Origin: an uncultured Rikenellaceae bacterium
GTDB lineage: Bacteria; Bacteroidota; Bacteroidia; Bacteroidales; VadinHA17
NCBI GenBank assembly: GCA_964613785.1
Contig: CAZTJT010000001.1
Coordinates: forward strand, 49,869 to 113,868
Length of the DNA stretch: 64,000 nt
Reading direction: 5' to 3'
Shown here in pieces: positions 35,834-46,050 of the stretch (within the stretch, counting starts at the first letter, position 1; every line of letters begins with the position of its first letter). The position numbers and the translations under genes are program-made. The notes under the pieces were generated by a model. That model had not been told where the DNA came from and ran no database searches. It was given only the letters and a program-made list of their open reading frames with translations.

Positions 35834-37135
35834 ATGGAAATATGGAACAGGCATTTTGAATGCATGGATCGTGACGCTCTGAGGAAAGTGCAGAGTGAAC
35901 GTCTTATTGAAACAGTTGAAAGGATATATTTTAACGTGCCCTATTACAGGCACAGGATGCAGGAACAGGGAATTGGACCTGAGAGTATAAGGTCGATTGA
36001 TGATATTACCATACTCCCATTTACCACTAAAAAGGATCTGAGGGATAATTATCCTTATGGATTGTTTGCAGTTCCGTTGAGTGAAATAGTACGTATCCAC
36101 GCATCATCAGGTACCACCGGAAAACCCACTGTCGTTGGATATACAAGGAATGATATAGCCACATGGTCGGAGGTGATGGCTAGAACTTTGACCTGTGCAG
36201 GTGCCGACAGGAACGATTTTATTCAGATCGCATACGGTTACGGACTTTTTACCGGCGGCCTGGGGCTTCATTATGGAGGAGAGAAAATAGGAGCCTCGGT
36301 GATCCCTATTTCAGGTGGTAATACAATGAGGCAAATACAGCTGATGCACGATTTTGGAAGTACGGTTCTTGCCTGCACTCCTTCATATGCATTATTCCTT
36401 GCAGAGGCTATAAATGAAAGCGGAATCAACAGGGAAGAGTTAAGGTTAAGGGTAGGTGTGTTTGGAGCTGAACCATGGACCGAGAACATGCGGAGAGAAA
36501 TCGAGAGCAAGCTGAAAATAAAAGCTATTGATATTTACGGACTTAGTGAGATCATAGGCCCAGGAGTGGCGAGTGAATGTCTGTTCCAGGAGGGTCTTCA
36601 TATCAATGAAGATCATTTCTACCCCGAGATTATCGACCCGGAAACAATGCAGGTACTTCCGGAGGGAAGTACAGGCGAGCTGGTATTTACAACTATTACA
36701 AAGCATGGATTGCCTCTTATCAGATACAGGACAAGGGATCTTACGCAGCTGAATTACAGCCGGTGCAAATGCGGGCGAACCCTTGTTAGGATGTCAAAAT
36801 GCCTAGGCAGGAGCGATGATATGTTGATCATACGGGGAGTTAACCTGTTCCCTTCGCAGGTTGAAAGTATACTTCTGGAAATGGGTGGGATAAAACCCCA
36901 TTATCAGTTGATTGTAGACAGGATTAATAATCTTGACACCCTCGAACTTAGAGTGGAAGTTGACGAAGCATTTTTCCTTGACAGAATAAGCCAGCTGGAA
37001 GGACTAAGGTCAAAAATCCAGAATAATCTCGAGAGTTCATTAGGTTTGGGTATAAAGGTGACTCTTGTGGAACCGAAGGTTATTGAGAGAAGTGAAGGCA
37101 AATCAAAAAGGGTTATTGACAAAAGAAAATTTTAA
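35834..37135 (+). CDS. phenylacetate--CoA ligase family protein
   Basis: PaaK-like N-terminus and the AMP-binding motif [11 protein letters not shown]. 433 aa. Confidence 0.8.
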   Translation: MEIWNRHFECMDRDALRKVQSERLIETVERIYFNVPYYRHRMQEQGIGPESIRSIDDITILPFTTKKDLRDNYPYGLFAVPLSEIVRIHASSGTTGKPTVVGYTRNDIATWSEVMARTLTCAGADRNDFIQIAYGYGLFTGGLGLHYGGEKIGASVIPISGGNTMRQIQLMHDFGSTVLACTPSYALFLAEAINESGINREELRLRVGVFGAEPWTENMRREIESKLKIKAIDIYGLSEIIGPGVASECLFQEGLHINEDHFYPEIIDPETMQVLPEGSTGELVFTTITKHGLPLIRYRTRDLTQLNYSRCKCGRTLVRMSKCLGRSDDMLIIRGVNLFPSQVESILLEMGGIKPHYQLIVDRINNLDTLELRVEVDEAFFLDRISQLEGLRSKIQNNLESSLGLGIKVTLVEPKVIERSEGKSKRVIDKRKF

Positions 37136-37144
37136 GATATTTAA

Positions 37145-38467
37145 ATGAACGATATACCAATTTCAGATGCCATAATCAAATCGATCAGGGATAAAATGGG
37201 GCTTCAGCTGCTTGGTACTGCCTCGATCCGTGAGATTGTGGCGCTTGTAAACCGGATTGAAACTAAGACCGGGATGAAATTTGTCAGGATGGAAATGGGT
37301 GTCCCCGGGCTTCCTTCCCCATCGGTGGGGATCGAAGCCGAAATAAAGGCATTACGCGACGGTGTTGCTGCAGTATACCCTGATATAGCAGGATTACCGG
37401 CGTTAAAAAAAGAAGCTTCCCGTTTTATTAAACTCTTCATGGACGTTGATATTGATCCGGCAGGATGTGTACCTACAGTAGGTTCAATGCTTGGTTCAAT
37501 GCTGTGTTTTCTGGTTGCCAACAGGAACGACAGGACCAAGGAAGGAACACTTTTCATCGATCCGGGATTTCCGGTCCAGAAACAACAGGTCAAAATGCTC
37601 GGGCATGACTATTATTCATTTGATGTATACAATTACAGGGGGAAAAAGCTGAGGGCTAAGCTTGAGTCTTACCTTGAAACTGGTAAAGTCTCTTCCCTCC
37701 TTTATTCCAATCCTAATAATCCTGCATGGATCTGCCTAAACGAGGATGAACTTGCAACGATCGGCGAACTTTCAAGAAAATATGACGTTATTGTCATTGA
37801 AGATCTTGCTTATTTCGGAATGGATTTCAGGAAGGACTATACAAATCCGGGTAAACCTCCATATCAGCCCACAATAGCCCATTATGCCGACGATTATATA
37901 ATACTGATCTCAAGTTCAAAAATCTTCAGCTATGCAGGGCAGAGGATTGGTATTATGGCAATTTCCAATCACCTTTATAACCGATCATATCCTGACCTCC
38001 TGAGATACTATTCATCCGACAAATTCGGACATTCCGCAATATTTGGTGCGCTTTATGGCCTCTCAGCCGGTGTTGCTCATTCGGTTCAGTACGGACTTGC
38101 TGCTTTGCTGAAAGCAGTGAACGACGGAACTTTAATATTGAGGGAATCACTCTCAGAATACAGCGAGAAGGCAAAAATAATGAAAGGAATGTTTACAAAT
38201 AACGGATTTAAAATAGTGTATGACAGGGATCTTGATGAATTAATAGGTGACGGATTTTATTTTACCATTTCCTATCCCGGAATGACGGGAGAGGAATTGC
38301 TTGATGAATTACTTCATTACGGCATAAGTGCGATCACTCTTGACACTACTGGCAGTGAAAGGTGCGAAGGTCTAAGAGCCTGTGTTTCACAGGTACCAAG
38401 GACTCTTTTCAGTGATCTTGATCACCGGTTGAGGCGCTTCAATGAGGATCATAAAGAAAGAAATTAA
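37145..38467 (+). CDS. PLP-dependent aminotransferase (class I/II)
   Basis: 440 aa. NPNNPAW and SSSKIFSYAGQRIG (PLP lysine) motifs. Confidence 0.8.
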   Translation: MNDIPISDAIIKSIRDKMGLQLLGTASIREIVALVNRIETKTGMKFVRMEMGVPGLPSPSVGIEAEIKALRDGVAAVYPDIAGLPALKKEASRFIKLFMDVDIDPAGCVPTVGSMLGSMLCFLVANRNDRTKEGTLFIDPGFPVQKQQVKMLGHDYYSFDVYNYRGKKLRAKLESYLETGKVSSLLYSNPNNPAWICLNEDELATIGELSRKYDVIVIEDLAYFGMDFRKDYTNPGKPPYQPTIAHYADDYIILISSSKIFSYAGQRIGIMAISNHLYNRSYPDLLRYYSSDKFGHSAIFGALYGLSAGVAHSVQYGLAALLKAVNDGTLILRESLSEYSEKAKIMKGMFTNNGFKIVYDRDLDELIGDGFYFTISYPGMTGEELLDELLHYGISAITLDTTGSERCEGLRACVSQVPRTLFSDLDHRLRRFNEDHKERN

Positions 38468-38480
38468 AAACCAGCTTATT

Positions 38481-38705
38481 ATGGCAAAAGTAAGAGGTAG
38501 TATAGTTGTAAATGTTGATAAGTGCAAAGGATGCGAAATTTGTATGGTATCGTGTCCTACTGGAACCATTGCAATGGCAATGGAAGTTAATTCCAAAGGA
38601 TATAATTATGCCTATCCTGCGAATCCCGATCTGTGCATTGGATGTGCTAATTGTGCGGTTGTATGCCCTGATGGCGTAATTACTGTCTATAAAACAAAAA
38701 TCTAG
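38481..38705 (+). CDS. 4Fe-4S dicluster ferredoxin (delta subunit of 2-oxoacid:ferredoxin oxidoreductase)
   Basis: CKGCEICMVSCP and CIGCANCAVVCP. I prefer ATG 38481 over the track start at 38442, which overlaps the aminotransferase. Confidence 0.75.
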   Translation: MAKVRGSIVVNVDKCKGCEICMVSCPTGTIAMAMEVNSKGYNYAYPANPDLCIGCANCAVVCPDGVITVYKTKI

Positions 38706-38712
38706 TTGGTTT

Positions 38713-39783
38713 ATGGAAAGAGAATTAAGGTTGATGAAGGGTAATGAAGCTGTTGCGGAGGCTGCCATAAGGGCAGGAGCGGATGGCTATTTCGGTTACC
38801 CTATAACTCCACAGAGCGAAATTCTGGAGTATCTAATGGAGGCTAATCCTGCTGAAACGACTGGAATGGTTGTCCTACAGGCAGAAAGCGAGCTTGCTGC
38901 CATCAACATGGTTTACGGAGGTGCAGGATGTGGTAAAAAAGTCATGACTACATCATCATCTCCGGGGATAAGCCTCAAACAGGAAGGCATAACCTATATT
39001 GCAGGGGCGGAACTGCCCTGCCTTATTGTAAATGTAGTCAGGGGAGGTCCCGGGCTTGGAACTATCCAGCCTGCTCAGTCAGATTATTTCCAGGCAGTAA
39101 AAGGAGGAGGACACGGTGATTATCACCTTATCGTTTTAGCTCCGGCATCGGTTCAGGAAATGGCCGACTTTGTGGAACTGGGTTTTGACCTTGCCTTCAG
39201 GTACAGAAATCCTGTTATGATCCTTTCTGACGGAGCCATTGGCCAGATGATGGAGAAAGTTTATCTGAAACCGTACCGGGAGCGATCTAAGGATGTTCCG
39301 GAGTGGGCAACTACAGGAAAACCTCCTACACGTGAAAGGAATATAATAACATCACTTGATCTGGATCCGGAAGCTCAGGAGAGATTCAATTTCAAGCTGA
39401 TAGCAAAATACAACGAGATCAGGGAAAAAGAGGTGAGGTTTGAAGAGTTCCAGTGTGACGACGCAGAATATCTGCTTGTAGCCTATGGCACAAGCGCCAG
39501 GGTCTGCCAGAAGGCAATACAGCTGGCAAGGCAGGAAGGAATTAAGGCCGGACTACTGAGGCCAATTACACTTTTCCCCTTTCCTTCAAATAGGATTATT
39601 GAACTGACCGGCAAGGTGAAGGGGATATTGTCGGTTGAAATGAGTGCAGGCCAGATGGTTGAGGATGTTCTTCTTGCTGTAAATGGAAAGGTACCTGTTA
39701 AACATTACGGAAGGATGGGAGGTATGATACCCACTCCGGAAGAAGTTGTTGAGAATCTTAAATCAAAAATTATAGGAGGTTAA
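38713..39783 (+). CDS. 2-oxoacid:ferredoxin oxidoreductase alpha subunit (VorB/KorA-like)
   Basis: 356 aa with the typical N-terminus MKGNEAVAEAAIRAG...YPITPQSE. Confidence 0.85.
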   Translation: MERELRLMKGNEAVAEAAIRAGADGYFGYPITPQSEILEYLMEANPAETTGMVVLQAESELAAINMVYGGAGCGKKVMTTSSSPGISLKQEGITYIAGAELPCLIVNVVRGGPGLGTIQPAQSDYFQAVKGGGHGDYHLIVLAPASVQEMADFVELGFDLAFRYRNPVMILSDGAIGQMMEKVYLKPYRERSKDVPEWATTGKPPTRERNIITSLDLDPEAQERFNFKLIAKYNEIREKEVRFEEFQCDDAEYLLVAYGTSARVCQKAIQLARQEGIKAGLLRPITLFPFPSNRIIELTGKVKGILSVEMSAGQMVEDVLLAVNGKVPVKHYGRMGGMIPTPEEVVENLKSKIIGG

Positions 39784-39786
39784 ATA

Positions 39787-40578
39787 ATGGCTGAAGCTAC
39801 CGGATTAAAGGAAATAATAAAACCTGAAAATCTTGTTTACAGGAGAACAGGTATTATGACTGATGCTACCCTTTCTTATTGCCCGGGATGCGGACACGGA
39901 ACTGTGCATCGTATATTGGCTGAGCTGATTGAGGAGGAGGGTCTGCAGTCGAAGGCAATAGGAATTTCACCGGTCGGATGTTCTGTTCTTCTTTATAATT
40001 TTCTTGATATTGACTGGCAGGAGGCAGCTCACGGAAGGGCTCCTGCACTTGCAACTGCTATTAAAAGGCTTATGCCCGACAGGTTTGTCTTTACCTATCA
40101 GGGTGATGGCGATCTTGCTGCAATCGGTACGGCGGAAACAATTCATGCCTGTAACCGCGGTGAAAATATCCTCATAATCTTTATTAATAATGGCATTTAT
40201 GGGATGACCGGAGGACAGATGGCCCCTACAACACTTCCGGGAATGAAATCATCAACATCACCTTATGGAAGAGATACCAGGACGATGGGAAATCCACTGA
40301 AAATGACTGATATAGTTGCTACATTACCTGGAACATATTATGTAACACGGCAAAGTGTTCATACTCCCGCAAATGTCAGAAAGACAAAAAGAGCAATGCG
40401 TAAGGCCGTCCAGTATCAACAGCTCAACAGGGGCACCTGTTTTGTGGAGATCGTCTCCAATTGTCCCTCCGGATGGAGAATGACGCCGGTCCAGTCAATA
40501 AAATGGATGGAGGAAAACATGTTCCCGTATTATCCTCTGGGAGATATGAAGGTTCCTGAAGAACAGTCCGAAAAATAA
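39787..40578 (+). CDS. 2-oxoacid:ferredoxin oxidoreductase beta subunit (TPP-binding)
   Basis: CPGCGHG, GDGDLAAIG and NNGIYGMTGGQ motifs. Confidence 0.85.
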   Translation: MAEATGLKEIIKPENLVYRRTGIMTDATLSYCPGCGHGTVHRILAELIEEEGLQSKAIGISPVGCSVLLYNFLDIDWQEAAHGRAPALATAIKRLMPDRFVFTYQGDGDLAAIGTAETIHACNRGENILIIFINNGIYGMTGGQMAPTTLPGMKSSTSPYGRDTRTMGNPLKMTDIVATLPGTYYVTRQSVHTPANVRKTKRAMRKAVQYQQLNRGTCFVEIVSNCPSGWRMTPVQSIKWMEENMFPYYPLGDMKVPEEQSEK

Positions 40579-40594
40579 TCCTAAACCATCAGCT

Positions 40595-41152
40595 ATGACA
40601 GAAGAAATAATAATTGCCGGATTTGGAGGACAGGGAGTTCTTTCGATGGGAAAAATCATGGCGTATTCAGGTGTTATGCAGGATATGGAAGTAAGCTGGA
40701 TGCCCTCTTACGGACCCGAGATGAGAGGCGGAACCGCCAACGTGATGGTCATTCTCAGTAGTGAGAGGATCAGTTCGCCCATTATCAAACATTTTGATAC
40801 AGGCATAATACTTAACCAACAATCGCTCGATAAGTTCGAAAACTCAATTAAACCCGGGGGAATTCTCATTTATGACGGAAACGGTATCACTCGTCATCCT
40901 GTGAGGAAGGATATTTCAATATACAGGATTGATGCGGCTGAAGAAGCTGCAAGGATGAATAGTCCCAGAACATTCAACATGATTATTCTGGGAGGATTCC
41001 TTAAAATAAAACCCGTTCTGAGTCTTGAGAATGTTGTGAAAGGCCTTAAAAAGTCTCTTCCTGAAAGATATCATAAACTGATCCCTGAAAACGAAAAAGC
41101 GTTGCTACGTGGTGGTGAGATTGTGAAAGAAATACACAAGGTACAGGCCTGA
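40595..41152 (+). CDS. 2-oxoacid:ferredoxin oxidoreductase gamma subunit
   Basis: IAGFGGQGVL N-terminus. 185 aa. Confidence 0.85.
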   Translation: MTEEIIIAGFGGQGVLSMGKIMAYSGVMQDMEVSWMPSYGPEMRGGTANVMVILSSERISSPIIKHFDTGIILNQQSLDKFENSIKPGGILIYDGNGITRHPVRKDISIYRIDAAEEAARMNSPRTFNMIILGGFLKIKPVLSLENVVKGLKKSLPERYHKLIPENEKALLRGGEIVKEIHKVQA

Positions 41153-41219
41153 CATTTCACCTCAGGGGGAAAATTATATAATTTCATCATATAATAATTT
41201 GATTTTAATGGTATGATGG

Positions 41220-41278
41220 AACCTCCATGTAGTTGATTATTATATTATTTTGTTTGTGCATGCAAATACATGGAGGTT
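41220..41278. repeat. 12-bp inverted repeat with a 35-nt loop between convergent genes
   Basis: aacctccatgta (41220-41231) pairs with tacatggaggtt (41267-41278). Confidence 0.5.
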
Positions 41279-41334
41279 TCATATTCTAATCGTTTCTATC
41301 CAGGGGGTCGGTAATAGTATTTTAGCTGCATGAA

Positions 41335-41931
41335 TTATTTTTCGTAAAAATGCATGTCCACAATATATTTCCATACTGCAGGGTGAAGGAAGTATGACAT
41401 GTTTTTACCTTTTCTGATCCCGTTCCGTATAAAAGTTCCTGAGATGCTCATGAGAGGAGCGTTAACCCATTTGACATCTGCACTTGCGAGGATTTCGTCA
41501 AGCATTTTATTATGTTTTCTGACAACATCAGGACGCGGATAGACATAAAAAGGATATCTTTTTATAAGTTCCGTCACATTTTTCCACTTGTGAAGCGTAT
41601 ACAGATTATCTTCGCCCGTAACCAGCACAAATCTGTGCTGCGGATATTTTTCGGTCAACCATGCCATGGTATCAATGGTATATGAAGGAACAGGCCTGCG
41701 AAACTCTATGTCAGATGGTTTAAGTGCATCATTGTCGCCAATTGCCAGCTCCACAAGGTAAAGGCGATGATGGTCGGCCAGAAGCGTTTCTTTTTTTTTA
41801 AGAGGGTTCTGAGGACTTACAACAAACCAGACCTGGTCGAGATCCGTAAACTCTTTCATGTAACCTGCAATCGCAAGGTGACCAACGTGAACAGGATTGA
41901 ATGATCCGAAGAATAAACCAATTTTCGACAT
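41335..41931 (-). CDS. nadD: nicotinate-nucleotide adenylyltransferase
   Basis: GSFNPVHVGHLAIA (HxGH) and ISGTFIR motifs. Confidence 0.85.
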   Translation of the reverse strand: MSKIGLFFGSFNPVHVGHLAIAGYMKEFTDLDQVWFVVSPQNPLKKKETLLADHHRLYLVELAIGDNDALKPSDIEFRRPVPSYTIDTMAWLTEKYPQHRFVLVTGEDNLYTLHKWKNVTELIKRYPFYVYPRPDVVRKHNKMLDEILASADVKWVNAPLMSISGTFIRNGIRKGKNMSYFLHPAVWKYIVDMHFYEK

Positions 41932-41936
41932 ATAAA

Positions 41937-42503
41937 CTATTCGTTTAGAAAATTCATAACGATGGCGAGTACCTCATTTTGTGCAGTATCAAGATTTTCA
42001 TTAACCACTATATAATCGAAATAATCGGCCAATTTCATTTCTTCAATTGCTTTTTTAACTCGCACCTTTATTTTCGATTTTTCGTCAGTGCCCCGCGCAA
42101 GAAGCCTTTTCTCAAGTTCTGCTACCGACGGTGGCATTATAAAAATCGATAAGGCCTGTTTTCCGAATTTATTCTTAATATTAATCCCCCCTTTTACATC
42201 CACATCAAAAAGAACATGTCTGTTATGCGCCCAAATCCTTTCTATTTCACTTTTCAGTGTACCGTAGAACTGATCCTTGTACACCTCTTCCCACTCCAGA
42301 AATTCATTATTTTTAATCCGTAACCTGAATTCAGAAACCGAAATAAAATAATAATCTTTGCCGTTGACCTCGTTTTTTCTTGGTTTTCTTGTAGTTACAG
42401 ATACTGAGAACTCTAGCCCAAGGTCTTTGCCAAGCAGATGATTTACTATTGATGTTTTACCTGCCCCTGAAGGTGCAGAAACAATAATGGCCTTACCTTT
42501 CAT
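41937..42503 (-). CDS. gmk: guanylate kinase
   Basis: P-loop SAPSGAGKTS plus the TTRKPRKNEVNGKDYYF motif. Confidence 0.9.
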   Translation of the reverse strand: MKGKAIIVSAPSGAGKTSIVNHLLGKDLGLEFSVSVTTRKPRKNEVNGKDYYFISVSEFRLRIKNNEFLEWEEVYKDQFYGTLKSEIERIWAHNRHVLFDVDVKGGINIKNKFGKQALSIFIMPPSVAELEKRLLARGTDEKSKIKVRVKKAIEEMKLADYFDYIVVNENLDTAQNEVLAIVMNFLNE

Positions 42504-42521
42504 TGTACCCTGGTTGATGAA

Positions 42522-43397
42522 TTAAAGAATATTACCGGTTTGTTCTTTGATCTTCTCCAATTCGTCTTTCATCATAACAACAAGTTTCTGAATCGAAGCA
42601 TCATTGGCCTTTGAACCTATTGTATTGACTTCCCTGCCAATTTCCTGAGCGATGAAATTAAGCTTCCTTCCATTGGGTGCATCGCTATCCATGGTTTGAA
42701 TGAAATATTCACAATGTTTCCTAAGCCTGACTTTCTCTTCATTAATATCAAATTTCTCAAGATAAAAAATAAGCTCCTGTTCAAATCTGTTCTTGTCAAT
42801 GTTTTCAGATGCGGTATTTTCGGCCAGTATTGAAACCAGTTTTTCTCTTACCCTTATTATCCTTTCAGGTTCAAAATCTTCAACCTTTTCAAGCGACTCT
42901 GAAATTCTTTTCAGGCAGTCCCTTATATCCTTCTCGATCGACTTGCCTTCATCAGTCCTGTAAAAGTCGACCATATTAATGGATTCAATAAGTTTAGCCT
43001 TTACCAGTTCCCATTCAGCTTCAGTAAGTTCAGGCCTTTCAGTTTTCATGGCTTCTGGAAGTCTGAGGATGGCTGAAATATACTGCTCTTCGGTCTCTAA
43101 ATTTAACTCGTAAGAAATCTCCTTCAGCTGTTTATAATAATTCTTTACTATTGCTTTATTTATCACAGGTACTCCTTCATCTCCGAGGATATCAAAGTAA
43201 ATCGAGAGTTCAATTTTACCCCTGTCAAGTTTCTGGCTTATAAGATTCCTTATCTCAGGTTCTTTTTCTCTGTATAACCAAGGAAGCTTGGTATTAAGAT
43301 CAAGTTGCCTGGAATTAAGAGATTTTATTTCTATGGTTATTTTTTTCTGCGGCGTTTCAGCAATAGTTTTGCCGAAGCCTGTCATCGATTTTATCAT
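42522..43397 (-). CDS. YicC-family protein
   Basis: MTGFGK start and a C-terminal EIGREVNTIGSKAND motif. Confidence 0.85.
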   Translation of the reverse strand: MIKSMTGFGKTIAETPQKKITIEIKSLNSRQLDLNTKLPWLYREKEPEIRNLISQKLDRGKIELSIYFDILGDEGVPVINKAIVKNYYKQLKEISYELNLETEEQYISAILRLPEAMKTERPELTEAEWELVKAKLIESINMVDFYRTDEGKSIEKDIRDCLKRISESLEKVEDFEPERIIRVREKLVSILAENTASENIDKNRFEQELIFYLEKFDINEEKVRLRKHCEYFIQTMDSDAPNGRKLNFIAQEIGREVNTIGSKANDASIQKLVVMMKDELEKIKEQTGNIL

Positions 43398-43793
43398 CTG
43401 TGGATCAGGTTAGTTCTGAAAGTTATAAATTCTGATCGTAATTAACAACTGGCTTACCTGCCTGTTGTCAGATTAAGTATATCCCGTTATTAATACCCGG
43501 TAAAGAAAATCATTTATCCTTTATATTCAAAACCTCACAATTCGTGAATTTTCTGCTTTATACTGTTGCAATGATTAATTAAAATTTGTTAAAAGATGTA
43601 AAACCTAAGTTGAATTACGTTATGATTATAAATAACTTACATCGTTTCTTAACATTATGGCAAGTGATTGTTAATAGTTTTTTTATTTTCGGTATATGTC
43701 AATCAGCTTATTGAACGTTATATCTAAATATTCCCGACAGAAGTTGTATATAATGAAACATCAGTTCTGTAAGTATTAAAATGAAAGAGTATT

Positions 43794-45596
43794 ATGAGTA
43801 AAAATAAACTACTCCCCTTACTTGTTCTTTTTTTCCTGGCCTGCTTCCCTGCTGGTTTGTCTCAGATAAATAATATTGATGGCAATGGCGACCTCACGAT
43901 AATAGACTCACTTAAGGCCCGGGGATTACTTATGGTTTGTGATACAGGCATGAAAAGAATAAGTTTATCACACGACCAGGCTCTCAGGTTTTTGCAAAGG
44001 AGCTACCAGCCTCATTTGTGGAAAAACGCCATGGATCCGCTAAGATCTGCAATAGGGCAGGTCATTTTTGAGGCTTCAAACCCCCCGTTCGACTCTGCCA
44101 GGAGTTTTCTTATGAAGTATCCTTTTGATTCGATAAGGGTAAAACGCGAAGATTTCTTTATATGGGAGCCGGTGAGGTTCAGAATTCCCATCGCGGTACC
44201 TGATGAAAAACCGGATAGCTCACTCTTACCTGTTGATTCCATGATGGTTAAAGGTAAGCGAGACTATGCTTTTAAAGACATCATCAAATCATCTGGCAGA
44301 GGTAAGGCGGATAGAGTAATATATAAGGACACTACTCTGATGGTTATTGTTGATACACTTGATCATGCAAAATCATCATATTCAGGTTTTCCTTTCAGGT
44401 ATTACAATTATCCTTATCAGAGTGATTCAATAAAGGCTGCAGTATCGGTTCTACTTGATGCTATTGATGCCCGGGACTCAAGCATAGTTTCAATAACAGG
44501 CATTAACAATAAAAAGACAAGTGTCTGGCTAAACTCAAGATCGGATATAATGGTCCGTTACTGGCTTAAGAATGACCTGAACGATTCGGTAACAGTATGG
44601 ATAGGCAGTCCTGAAAGAAATACAATCGGACTTTATCTTGAGCATGGAGTTGTTTTCAGGAGGCCTCCAATGCAGGGAAATATTTCAGGCGCCAGGGTAA
44701 ATGTTGAATCGATGGATAAAAGTAAGCTTCAGGATATCAGAAAAATAGTGACCAAAACTAATTTCTGGAAACACCGTACTGAAGCAATCCTGGCACTAAA
44801 CCAGGGATTACTTTCGAACTGGGTAAAGGGAGGTGAAAGTAATATTTCAACAGCTTTCGACGTAACCTGGTATTCCGATTATATTAATAAGCCTTATCTT
44901 GTTTCTGCAAATAATTTTATCAGGTTGAAATATGGGCTGATTGCATCAACAAATAACGGTGTAAGAACCAATATTGACCTCTTTGAAACAAATTCCAAAC
45001 TCAATCACAAGGCATTCGGAAAATTTGACTTCAGTGCCACTGCACTTTTTAAAACCCAGATAACAAAAGGCTACGATTATCCAAACGATTCAATTCCAGT
45101 TTCAAAATTCATAAATCCTGCTACACTTACCCTTGGACTTGGACTAGACTATAAGCCAAACAAGTTTACTTCTATCAACGTTTCTCCATTGTCCTACAAG
45201 GCGACATTCGTTCCCGACACAGGGTTGATAGATCAGACAAAATATGGTGTGGCTGCAGATCGCAAGTCAAAACATGAGCCGGGTGCCAGTGTATTGATTT
45301 CACATGAATTCAAACCTGTTAAAACGATCACTGTAAAAAACAGGCTCCAGCTTTTTACAAACTATATTCACAACCCGCAAAACATAGATGTTGACTGGGA
45401 GATGATATTTGTTGCCAGCCTGAACTGGTTCACTGACATCAGGCTGAATACACATCTTATTTTTGATGATGATACTAAAACTCTTCTTTATACCAGGAAC
45501 AGAGATCCTGTATTGGGTCCCGACGGGCTTCAGAAAAAAACAGCCAGGATTCAGTTCAAGGAGCTCCTCGGTTTATCACTGGTTTTCAGGTTCTGA
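43794..45596 (+). CDS. DUF3078-like outer-membrane protein
   Basis: Signal peptide. The C-terminal half follows a SNWVKGGESN ... beta-strand-rich pattern and ends in an aromatic residue (VFRF). Family assignment is from memory. Confidence 0.5.
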   Translation: MSKNKLLPLLVLFFLACFPAGLSQINNIDGNGDLTIIDSLKARGLLMVCDTGMKRISLSHDQALRFLQRSYQPHLWKNAMDPLRSAIGQVIFEASNPPFDSARSFLMKYPFDSIRVKREDFFIWEPVRFRIPIAVPDEKPDSSLLPVDSMMVKGKRDYAFKDIIKSSGRGKADRVIYKDTTLMVIVDTLDHAKSSYSGFPFRYYNYPYQSDSIKAAVSVLLDAIDARDSSIVSITGINNKKTSVWLNSRSDIMVRYWLKNDLNDSVTVWIGSPERNTIGLYLEHGVVFRRPPMQGNISGARVNVESMDKSKLQDIRKIVTKTNFWKHRTEAILALNQGLLSNWVKGGESNISTAFDVTWYSDYINKPYLVSANNFIRLKYGLIASTNNGVRTNIDLFETNSKLNHKAFGKFDFSATALFKTQITKGYDYPNDSIPVSKFINPATLTLGLGLDYKPNKFTSINVSPLSYKATFVPDTGLIDQTKYGVAADRKSKHEPGASVLISHEFKPVKTITVKNRLQLFTNYIHNPQNIDVDWEMIFVASLNWFTDIRLNTHLIFDDDTKTLLYTRNRDPVLGPDGLQKKTARIQFKELLGLSLVFRF

Positions 45597-46004
45597 TTAT
45601 TTTCCTGTAGATTCTTTATTGAAAAGCCAAGAGGCCTTATTATCTTTTTTGCACCTTTCGCCAGTGCCCATTGTCGAACCTTCTCAATAAGCGAATGTAC
45701 TACGGGTGGATCATCATAGGCATCCATATAGCAAAAGCAGCATGGCTTTTCATTTTCTTCCGGATCATTTTTCCTGATCAGGGCAATGATTCTCCCAGCA
45801 GGTTTTGAGTTGCGGTTTGTTAAAAATAACATTGCATCAAAGTTTCTAAGAAAGACATTCCGATTGATATTAAATAATTTCCGGTCGTCATTAAATAAAA
45901 TCGGCAGCCAATTGGCGTCTGACTTATGTATCTTTAATGGAAGAGAAATAAACTGGTGTAGCTCTTTACGGGTGATAACTTCTTTAAAAAACTATATGAT
46001 CCAT
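45551..46004 (-). pseudogene. frameshifted and truncated remnant of a Bacteroidota GNAT-like gene
   Basis: ATG at 46004 gives MDHIVF, then a stop. After a 1-nt slip in the A6 run (45986-45991) the frame reads KEVITRKELHQFISLPLKIHKSDANWLPILFNDD...GRIIALIRKND...VRQWALAKGAKKIIRPLGF. That frame ends after ~150 codons, inside the 3' end of the DUF3078-like gene. Confidence 0.45.
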
Positions 46005-46050
46005 TGGTAGTTATTACGCTTCTAAAAATTAGTGTCAGTCTTTGACTATA

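Noticed and set aside
43535-43547. Inverted repeat TCAC-aattc-GTGA in the yicC / DUF3078 divergent spacer, considered as a Rex or CRP/FNR-like site
   Set aside because: The arms are only 4 bp. The half-site order is opposite to the Rex TTGTGAA...TTCACAA arrangement. Such a repeat is expected by chance.
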